NCBI GenBank assembly: GCA_051362555.1
Contig: CM120646.1
Coordinates: forward strand, 1,860,001-1,924,000
Origin: Lingula anatina
Taxonomy: Eukaryota; Animalia; Brachiopoda
Length of the DNA stretch: 64,000 nt
Direction of reading: 5' to 3'
Both the position numbers and the translations under genes were made by a program. Below the pieces are notes generated by a model. It saw nothing but the letters and a program-made list of their open reading frames with translations. It did no database searches and was not told where the DNA came from. Of this stretch, positions 53,860 to 64,000 are shown in pieces. How positions within the stretch are numbered: the stretch's first letter is position 1; the number at the start of each line of letters is the position of its first letter.

Positions 53860-56800
53860 ATGGCTGGATCTCTAGTCGGCATTTTGGTGGTAGCCTGTGT
53901 AATAGCCACTGTCATACAGGAAGCCCAAGCAGTTTGCTGTGGTAGATACAAGGGTCCGTTTTGCAAAGACTGCACAAAGGTAGGCATAACAACTTTTGAT
54001 CACTGTTAATTGCAAACGCCGTTGAACTAGTAGCCAGCTGCTTCGATAGTGCTGCTAGCTGTGGAAAGACTAGGGCCCGTATTCCAGAATCTCCCTTTAG
54101 CGTTAAGGGAGACATAAAGTCGACCTTATACGAAATTTGTATTCCAAGACCTTTCTTTATCTCACTTGAAAGGAATCACTTAACAATCATCCTTAGCAAA
54201 GGAATCGGTCATTTCTAGAATCTGCCTTTGCTTAAAGATTTCCTGTATTTTCGGCTGAGGATTCCTTAAAATGCAAGGTTCGTCTGGAGTAACTTTTAGT
54301 CTTCCTTAAGCAGCCATCGTGTACAGTTCTCTTGTGAAAATCAGCTCCATGGAGTACTATGTAAACCAGCATGCCTACCTAATTTCAAAATCATTAAATT
54401 CAACTAGAAAAGCACTCCGAGAGCGGGGACCTCTGCGAAGACAGCAAAGTCTCCACCCAATTTTCATTCCATAATGATTTAGTTTTTTGATTTTTGATTA
54501 TTGATTGATCATTGATCTGGATCACTACCAAAAACTAATCTTCTGTTCCTTGGCCCACTTGTGACAGTTCCTGAAAATTTCATTACAATCGGCCCATAAC
54601 TTTTTGAGTTATTTTTGATTTTTGATTATTGATTGATTATTGATCTTGATGACCGCCAAAAACTAACCACTTCTAAGTTAACCCATTTCTGACATACCCT
54701 GAAAATTTCATCAAAATAGGCTCGTAACTTTTTGAGTTATAATGATGACAAACAAACAAACAGACAGATAGACAAACAAACAGGGGTGAAAACAACCTTT
54801 TTGGCAGAAGTAATACATTTGATCGAGGATAGGCTTTTCTCTGTTGACTAGTTGCATTAGTAGCAGCTTTTCTATATCAGAAAAGGGTCTACGACTTTGG
54901 TTTTCTCATCCTCCATTCTTTTCTCTTCTTGGCATACTTGCTTTATTCGCTAAATTTGGCTTAGATCAAAACATCCACATGCAATGATAATGTCCATATG
55001 CGCTGTTGCATGACTGAAGTTGATCAGTTGACCCCAATTATACAACATTACTGAGGCGTTTTTAACGAGGAGGGTGTCACAAAGGCCTTCTCTAACCAAC
55101 GAGGAGCTCCTTTATGTCAGTGTCCCTTACCTAAAGGCTGACTTTTGTCAAAGTAATTCCTTATCAAAGGAGAGGCTAAAGTGTGGTCTTAGAATACCAT
55201 TTCGTTAGGCCTTCCTTTACCAAGGAACACCTCATCAAAGGAAGCCTTTATAAAATTTGACCTTAGGCCTATTTTAAGGAACATCTTGGAATACGGGCCA
55301 ATATGTGAATTCTAAAAAAAAAAAAGATACTCTTTCAATCAAACACGGACTTAGCAGGATTTAAGAGCCCTCTTTCCAAGCCATTTGACATTTCTCGCCA
55401 TCTCTACTTAAACCAGACAGAACTTTCTAATCCGATGCCATGTCACGTTAACTGCTTTCTTAAATCCAGGGGCTGCTGTGCAAATACTTAACTTAGTTGT
55501 TAAAAAGTTAAGTTTTTGTGAAAAATCATTTTAGAAGTAGAATGAAATCTTTTGTCAAAGACTTTGTTTGTCTTGTCATTTTACACTTTAGTACGAGGTG
55601 ATACGTCTTTGGTAGAGGAATATATATCCAAAGCTATTGTAAATTTTTATCTTTATGTTTATATAACATATAATAAAATGATAATTATTCATTTCTTAAA
55701 CACCTCACACACCTCATACAAAAATGCAAACTACAAAGATAGGTTTGAAAGTAATCAAAAAAAAAAATTAATGTTAAAAAAGACATAAATTCACCAAAGG
55801 TTGAGATTTTTTATGTTTCATAATACCGTAAGAACTGTCGTAGTACTTATTCCACCTTCGTAAAATTAACCCACTTGATTGCAGTGCTTTGTTTGGACTT
55901 CATTGTTATCTAACGTGATTCAGCTTATACTGGTATCAATTTACAGCCCAGGGGCGGATCCCGTATTATTTAAAGGGGGTCCACGGATGCAAAGCAGACC
56001 CTCCCCCCCCCCCCCCTTGGCGTGGAGTTCGGGGCCCAGTGAAGGGCCCCCAAAAATTGGGATTTTAGAGGGCGAACGGTGCCATGATTCCCCTGACCCC
56101 CCCTGCAGCCTATCCTTTGTAATACATGTTCCAATTTGTTTGCAATTAGAACTATTCTACTTTGCAGCCATCACCTCATTGGTTTACAGCCTTAAAGTAG
56201 GCTTATGTTAAATTAAACACTACATGTATATCAAATACAGTCTGTAGTTGGCGGACTGCATATTGTAACTTTTCTTCCAGGGGACTCCGTATTGCGGATA
56301 TGGGGGCTGCAATATCTTTGGCTGCGCTTGCGAAAACGGTTGTCGCAAGAGCTGCGATCCCAAATTCAACTATGAGTATGTATTCAAGATATTAAAACCC
56401 ATGTCATATTGTTTTCCTTCCTCGATTGATTTTTTTGTCAGAAAATAGTCACCTCTTAATGGATTTTGACTAAATAAAAACAGCGATGGTAACAGCAACA
56501 TATGGATGTCTAGAGGTAAAATTATTTTAATAATTTTAAGGTATGTGTAATCTTAAAAGATACGGAGCATGCCATGGAGCAAATCATTTACACATACATT
56601 TAAATTTTTTTCAGTATGATGTTCGGTTATCCGCTCGCGTGCGGGTGTTCGAATAAACGCTCATTGTCAGACGGGGCTGTTCTTATGGACGTGGCCAGTG
56701 ACCATGACACAGGCAGGTATGGAGTAGTAACTGCAAATACGTGTATTTACACACACTGGACAATAGAAGTGTCACCCCCTGAATCAGAGTAATCAAGGTT

Positions 56801-57292
56801 ATAAAGCCTGGTCTACTTATAATGTAACTAATGAGTATAAAACCGCTGTACCATGGGATTGTATTGTTGGTCTTTTTGTGAAATTTGATGTTAATAAAAT
56901 GATACCAGGAGCATATCATTCCACAGTCATTTATCTCCCCAAAAGTATTGGTTCAGTAGGGGTGACACTTCTATTGTCCAGTGTGTGTATAAAACACGAT
57001 GGACACTTTGTTATTTATTTATTTACTTATTTATTTATAATTATTATTGTTGTTGTCGCTGTTGTTGTTGTTGTAGTCTATAACCACATCAGAAGAACAC
57101 ATCAATATACATGTGCTTGGTCGATAAAACGTACTTTATTCACATCGACTTAAGGTTTTGTAAAAGATTTAGTTTCTGTCGTCATGGATGGATTTCATGA
57201 ATATGAACATGTTCTTATCCTGTGATTTACGTATTTACCAAGATGAATATGTATATATCTTCTTTTTCAGAGATGATTACATTCGTAATTAA
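53860..57292 (+). CDS. Mytimycin/Diedel-like 12-Cys prepropeptide D (type I, 112 aa). Exons: 53860-53979, 56281-56375, 56615-56716, 57271-57292
   Basis: MAGSLVGILVVACVIATVIQEAQA|VCCGRYKGPFCKDCTKGTPYCGYGGCNIFGCACENGCRKSCDPKFNYDMMFGYPLACGCSN-KR-SLSDGAVLMDVASDHDTGRDDYIRN*. Confidence 0.88.
54074..55299. mobile_element. 1.2-kb Harbinger-like non-autonomous element with a nested HINE-like element (54402-54813)
   Basis: Perfect 13-bp TIR GGCCCGTATTCCA / TGGAATACGGGCC, and many internal CCTT/AAGG motifs. Confidence 0.7.
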
Positions 57293-59872
57293 TTTTGGAG
57301 GAGTTGACATGGGTCTGAAAAAGTAATTGAATGACAGTAGTCACAGCCTTTAGATGAAATCTGGGCATTGCTTTCTCGTTCGACACATCTTATTTTCAGC
57401 TTTAAATAAAAAAAATACGTAATTGGTTAATCTTGTCACTGAATTTCGATTGTTGAATAGCTGCTTTTCGTTTACTTTTGCTTATTTCTGTAAAACTTTT
57501 TCTTTATGCAATAAAGCGCTAGTTCAAATTCAAAATTTTGGGATGGTCTTTAGGTATAGTGCAAGTTAAAAAAGAATATGAAGATCAATCGGGTAAGTTA
57601 TGTTAATACCACTGGGTTGTGGAGAAAAGAAATGAGCAGCCATACACCGCGATACCCGGTCAAAAGGGCAGGGCTTTTTTCGTTTGCATCCTGCACTTCT
57701 ATTCGACTTTTCCTAAAAAAAAAATCTAGAGAACTTCATAGAAAAAGTCTAAGTACTTCCATAAGCCAGACTGCCATTGTACTACTACCGGTTAATAACC
57801 AATAATGACTTTCCTCAATTGATAAGAACTAAATATAACGGAAATAAATCACAACGGTGAAATACATGGGGAAGGCAAAGAAAAAATATTAAGAGAGAAA
57901 CAGAAAACTTGCAAAGAAATTGAAATGAAAATCTAGAAGAAACTTTGCCTACCTGAAAAATAGATATACAATATACGTCAGACACACCCTGCCACAAACA
58001 CGGCATATCTCGGGGCCAATTACAAGGGGGCAAACAATGAAATAAATACCAAAAGTTTAAAGAAAATAATAATTGAAACAGTTGAGTAAACAAACCTATA
58101 AAGGAATAGAATTTGTCATCTACAAGAAACTAAGCCTACCTGGAAAATTCAATACATTATTTTAAGACATCATTGAGAAATCCGTCCTTTCACAAGCGTG
58201 ACACGCGTACAACTCATCTCAGGGATAGGTGAGAGCACGAGAGAAAAGGGATTTCGGTATCAGAGCGAAACACAGTTGCAGGGCGAACACAATCAAGATC
58301 TACACACCACTAACGCATTCAGTAATGCTTTCGAATGAAAAGATTTTCGGGCGAAGACAAGACGAACACAATCAAGATGGCAGTGACAACACACCACTAA
58401 TGCATTATGCTTCTATCTGCCACAGTAGGACCACTGTATACTTCTCAACTGATATTATTGCGACTGTTGAACTATATTTTTGTTTGACATTTCTGTCGAA
58501 GCAATTTGCCAACGCAATCATAATCGTCAATGAAAGCTATTTATTTCCTATAAATCGTGTTCGACCCGTGAAACTGAAGCTTTCAAAACAGAGTCGTGAT
58601 CTCTTTTCATAGTACTTTCTTTAGTTTATAGATATAGTTCCTCAAGAAGTGACAGATCATTATCGTCCAATAAACCGAGTGTTTTGTGAAGTAATGTTTT
58701 AAAGTTAACTGTTAACCAGGTACACGTGTTGGTAATGCATATGCCCTTATAATGTGGAGAATAAAAAAAGAGCTTTTTTTCAAATAATTACTGGCTGTCA
58801 GTTTTTAGAAAGCTTCTGTGACTTTTGTTTAGGATAACTTTGGCGCTTAATTATTATAGTGGTTGCAAAAACCCATTCAGTCATTCATACGTTTTAAAAA
58901 ACTATGCCGTTTTGCATCACGCTTTCTTTTATTTTGGCTTTTGGTAAATAAATATTCTGTCAAATAATAGTTTGTGTCGAGAAATCCAACGAACCGTTTT
59001 TCCATATTCCATGTAAGATCTATGATAACGATTCTGCATTAGGCAAAAAAGGTTAAGCACTTTCACATCAAAGTTCTATTTTTTCAGTAGTCCGACTGAC
59101 TATGGTACTAGCCCTGAATCTTAAAGTGAGAATGCTTATACAATATTTAATTCCGGACAAGATCTTTATTGCATACAGAAATGGTTTCACAGCATGAGGC
59201 AGGAGAGCACGTATAGAGAGAAGCTATGGGAAATACAGACTCGTTACAATAAAATAGAAAAAGGTTTTACGGAAGATCTGAATATAATGCCTTAAAAGCA
59301 AAATAATGACGATTGTACTTAAATACATCTGGTTCTCAGCAATTCCAGACCAATTTAAGCATCTGCGTCCATGTCCATATCACGTCTTTCTTTTGGCATT
59401 GCTCTAGTGTCTGAAACAGAGTTGGTTTATGAAATAGACGGGAAAGAATGGGTATCATATACGAACATATACCTAGATATTCTATAAATTTTTAATTTGC
59501 AATGGTTTACAATAATGGCCCTGAGGAAGATAAATTTGAATTAACCTGAAATTGCGGTTTAGCGTGATTTGATTATAATTAAATTGGACGGAAGCTAAAA
59601 AGACGTACATGTATAATGTTAGGAGTTAACAATTCAGACAGAATTCAGACAGTAAAGGCGAAAATCGTCAATGTCCCATTAAGTAGCGTTTGCATTTTTT
59701 TTTCAATTTTCTATGAAGCTGATGACAGCTACAAGTTTCATTCAGGGAATTAAACAAATATGATGTAATATGAAATACACATTTTAGTAGTGGAAATGCC
59801 AAATACGGTATGTCAAAATTGAGACACGCTTTATTCTTGCAGTCCCTCCTTACCTGTCTCCAGATCTCTGGA

Positions 59873-61084
59873 TTATATCTCTGGATCAGTTCCGGCGTCT
59901 TCAGCGTCCCTCACTGACCGTTTATTTGTACATGTACACTTGGTTGGTACGCTTAAATTGACAAACCCATGATCCCTAAAATATGCAAATTTATATGCTA
60001 TGTAAAAGTTACTTTTTCAGTGTTTTATTAAAGTGGGCGAAAGAAAAAGGCGAGTGAAGACAGGAAAACAAAACCATATTCGCAGACAATTTAATTATTA
60101 TATGTGGGGCATAGGTTTGGATAAATGCTTGTTTTAATCTTTGGTGTTTTGGAGAAAGAAAAGAAAATGAGGATCTATTGGAGGGGCATGGTCTCACTGA
60201 GCCCACCCCAATCCATTGGATTGCGCTCAAAATGTCAAAACATTGAATGCAACAGATTGAAAATCAATGTTTACGTGCAAGTTGGATTTTGAAAAAAAAT
60301 AGTGATGGGAGAGAGCAGCATAAAGTGTACAGTATAAGTCGTACGTATAATCACTATATGTTCCACCGCAGTCACGTCGACACCCTCCATCACAGGCACA
60401 GCCGAAAATGTTACATCCGCCGTATCCGCAATATGGAGTCCCCTAAATGCAAAAGACACATCAATTTATATGTTAAACAATGCAGTGCACAATACAGTCC
60501 ATTAGTTTTATTTATTTTGTAGAGGGCAACCAAACATCGATGTTTTGGCAAGTATAAGGGCCTTTTCATTTTTTGGCTAATTCGGTAACGTATGTTGAAC
60601 TCAAGCCTTGCGTATGTTGACAGTAAGGTGAAAATAATATTGATTGTTGCAAAGTTGAGTTTCATATTCTGTCAGAAAAGAAATACCGAAGTTTACTAAA
60701 AATTCTTAATGTACGATTTCTGAAAAGTTTATGGTTTAATTGCTAATTAATATGACACGATATGCTCGAAAGGAAGCATTGTTACGGCTGGTTTTAAAAT
60801 GCACTCCATATTTGGAGTAAAAAAATACAACTGGTCGCTTCAATACATGTAATAGCCCTATACATTCACAACAGATTGTATACCTTGCATTATGAGTATA
60901 TTTTTTTCACTCAAATAATAAAAAGAAAACAAAATAACACATTAAGATAGATGCAAATACCCACCACGGTGCAATCTGCGCAGTATTGATGGGCCTTCTT
61001 GTGGCAACAAGCAGATTTAGTTTCTTCAATCAGAGTGGATGTTAAAAATATTGCCACCAGAAAGCCAGCCAAAGTTCCTATCAT
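59873..61084 (-). CDS. Mytimycin/Diedel-like 12-Cys prepropeptide E (type II, 106 aa). Exons: 61084-60965, 60442-60345, 59975-59873
   Basis: MIGTLAGFLVAIFLTSTLIEETKS|ACCHKKAHQYCADCTVGTPYCGYGGCNIFGCACDGGCRRDCGGTYSDYTDHGFVNLSVPTKCTCTN-KR-SVRDAEDAGTDPEI*. Confidence 0.88.
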
Positions 61085-62270
61085 CTTCTGAAATTTCAAA
61101 CGAAAAATAATGTCATAGTTACAGCTTTAGAGCTAAGATTTTGGTATGATCAATACGGTAATCTTAAATATTGTATTGTACATAAAGATTGAGTAGACAA
61201 AGGAACTCGAGAAGCGATGCAGGGCGACACCGTGCTTTGATCTGTAAAGCAGCAAGTTTCAATGACAAGTACAAGTGCATGGATTTCTATTTACTGATCG
61301 ATTACAATCTGCTTTTGGTAACACTTATTTAGTTATTGGTATTGGTAACACCATATAATTTAACTGTGTTTAAAAAAATTCCCTTTGTTATTCAATATAT
61401 AAAATGTTGATAATGATTTAGATGATTTATAAATCCGGATCATGGATACAGTTCTGAATAATGCTAATTCTTTCAGTTTGAAAAATCTACGATCATGTGA
61501 ATTTGATCCAGTTTGCAAAAAGAGTTCTAGTGAATTTGCTGCAAACTCACAAGAACTATTCCTGCAAATCCACTGCAAACATACAAGAAGTGTTTCCAAA
61601 TATGCCGAAAACACTGAATAACTGTTGTTATAACTACTGTTGTTGTTGTTGTTTTGAGAAGCCTAACTCAAAAAGTTATAGATTGAATTAGGAGACAATT
61701 ATCCGGATAGGTTTGAAATAGGATAACTTAAGCTAAATAAGATTTGGTGATAAAGAAGACTCACTGAACCACATTGAAAATCAAACCACAAACACCTAAA
61801 AGATCAATTTTTTTTTCTTAAACCCCTTCAATGCTAATATCAACTTTTAATATGTCTTCGATGCCAAATTGGTATGAAATCATGTCTGACTGAAATCTGT
61901 TGACCCCACCATATCAACCTCTGATTAGTTTTATTGTGAACAAACAGTTGAATACAGATTCCTTGTGAAACAAATCCTGGAAGAAAATTAATTGGCCCGA
62001 CAGCAAAATTATGTTTGAGATTTTATAAGGATCAATCCAAGTTCCCTGCCATATACGATACAAAATTTTCCCCAGATACCTGTACTTCTCCAACTTTGAG
62101 ATAATGTCTTTTAACTCTATACGCAGCCTTTGACCTTACTACTCTGATTTCAACGTCTAAAATAAAATAACGGGCACGTAGCCACCCTATGGTTCGTGAA
62201 ATAATAATTGAAATACGTTTTAAGCGATATTTACTTACTATTGTGCTCCAGTGATGTATAGAAAATAATA

Positions 62271-63352
62271 GAGAGTTTTGGTAAGTCCTTCCGTATGACG
62301 TGTAACGTATAGTTCAATACGTAATACGTTTTACGTACGCGAGAAAGCTAGCAGTGGTTTTGGCAGGTCTCACTCCGTATGTGGTTTTTTATAGGCCTAT
62401 ATATATGGATTACACGAACATGGGGCTGCTTGTGGATTCTTTTTAGATAGATGAATAATGGAAGATGTTGAATGGAATGTGTTATTTACGTCAATTGATG
62501 CTGCAGATCCTGAAAAAAAAATCAACTTAAATTGAATTTGATACTAGAGAGTTTTGGCAAGGCCTTCCGTACGACGTATAACGTGCGACGTCATCACTTT
62601 GTGCGTAGTTTTTCTCAAGGACAAGTCATAAGTCATACGGCACTACGTATGAATCGGTGATTACACGTAGGTAAGAAACGTATCGAATTTAATAGATTTA
62701 CGCTTATTTCTTTCAAGTTTAACATATTGCAGAGGAATATATAGGGTGTTAAGATTCCACTGAATCACTTTTAGACGCTGTCGGTAGAAATACTCTGTGA
62801 AAACAGCTGGAAAAATAGCCAGTCAATCAGTCGTCCGTAGTAGTATCAAATTCAATTTAAGTTGATTTTTTTTCATAAACAACAGGATCTGCGGCATCAA
62901 TTGACGTAAATAACACATTCCATTCATCATCTTAATTATTCATCTATCTAAAAAGAATCCACAAGCAGCCCCATGTCCGCATACGGAGTCAGACCTGCCA
63001 AAACCACTGCTAGCTTTCTCGCGTACGTAAAACGTATTACGTATTGAACTATACGTTACACGTCATACGGAAGGCCTTGCCAATTTTTCCAGCTGTTTTC
63101 ACAGAGCATTTCTACCGACAGCGTCTAAAAGTGATTCAGTGGAATCTTAACACCCTATATATTCCTCTGCAGTATGTTAAACTTGAAAGAAATAAGCGTA
63201 AATCTATTAAATTCGATACGTTTCTTACCTACGTGTAATCACCGATTCATACGTAGTGCCGTATGACTTATAACTTGTCCTTGAGAAAAACTACGCACAA
63301 AGTGATGACGTCGCACGTTATACGTCGTACGGAAGGCCTTGCCAAAACTCTC
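62271..63352. mobile_element. TA-flanked MITE containing an inverted copy of itself
   Basis: TIR GAGAGTTTTGG(C/T)AAG..CTTCCGTA at 62271, 62548, ~63083 (truncated) and 63352. Segment order a-b-c-b'-a'-c'. Absent at the homologous B and C sites. Confidence 0.8.
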
Positions 63353-63575
63353 TAATAAAAAAAACATGCACCAACTTCGAAAGACTATCGCCTACGTTAT
63401 GCAAGCCTATTTCTGAATACCAAATTGTTAAAATGAACAAGAAATTTCCAGTAACAATTCTATCGTAAGTTGAAATAAATCTGATAGGTGCTGTATAGTA
63501 GTTTACGCTGTCCATACATAATTAATGATAGGCCTACTTACAGTTGGTAGATATAATAGAAATGGATAACCAGTA

Positions 63576-64000
63576 CACTGTAAAAACAGTGTTTAGCTCT
63601 GAGACACATTTCTAAGCGCCTGTTTTGTCTCATTTTTTCCACGCGTTTAGCACCTAAGCACGTTTAGCCTATTAAACATGTTACACACTTTGACGCGCTT
63701 CACGCCTAATAAATGTAGGGTGTATTTGTTTAACTTTAAGGTTATAACGTTTTCAACTGTTTCAGTCACTCTCTCTCTCACACACACGCGCGCGCGCGCG
63801 AAGTCACGGTAACCTTTAACTGCTATAGCTATCTCTGTCTATAACAGGGTACCGTGAACTGTCAACATGGTTGATTCACACCATCATCTTTACAGCGGGA
63901 CTTATTCATCCTTGTGTTAGCTGACCTTGCGAGGAAGTTAATTGGAATATATTTCTGAAAAACAAGTTAGGAAAATTCCCTAGTTTACTAAAGACACGAA
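63576..64000. mobile_element. Probable DNA-transposon insertion starting CACTGTAAAAA; runs off the window
   Basis: Homology to the B and C units stops abruptly at ...AACCAGTA. The other end is not visible. Confidence 0.45.

Overview
AT-rich, intron-containing animal DNA; a lophotrochozoan or mollusc is my inference. There are three blocks. (1) 1-7.3 kb: the 5' part of YEATS2 on the minus strand. (2) 8.5-26.5 kb: two tandem, intact 7-exon MFS transporter paralogs of the SLC16/monocarboxylate type. Copy 1 carries a Tc1/mariner element and a Kolobok-like insertion, and a Crypton/DUF3504 remnant lies between the copies. (3) 29.5-64 kb, the main discovery: five spliced genes, nearly invisible in the ORF track, encoding small secreted 12-cysteine prepropeptides. 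Each has a 24-aa signal, the core CC-x7-C-x-DCT-x2-TPYCGYGxCNIFGCAC-x2-GCR-x2-C...CxC, a KR site and a short, mostly acidic tail. This matches the mussel antifungal peptide mytimycin and the Diedel motif. The genes form two subfamilies arranged A(+) B(-) C(-) D(+) E(-), with hypervariable loops, no intact EF-hand extension, a mosaic paralog and many paralog-specific transposon insertions. All gene models were built by hand from GT-AG sites and reading phase. Family assignments rest on recalled motifs, not database searches.
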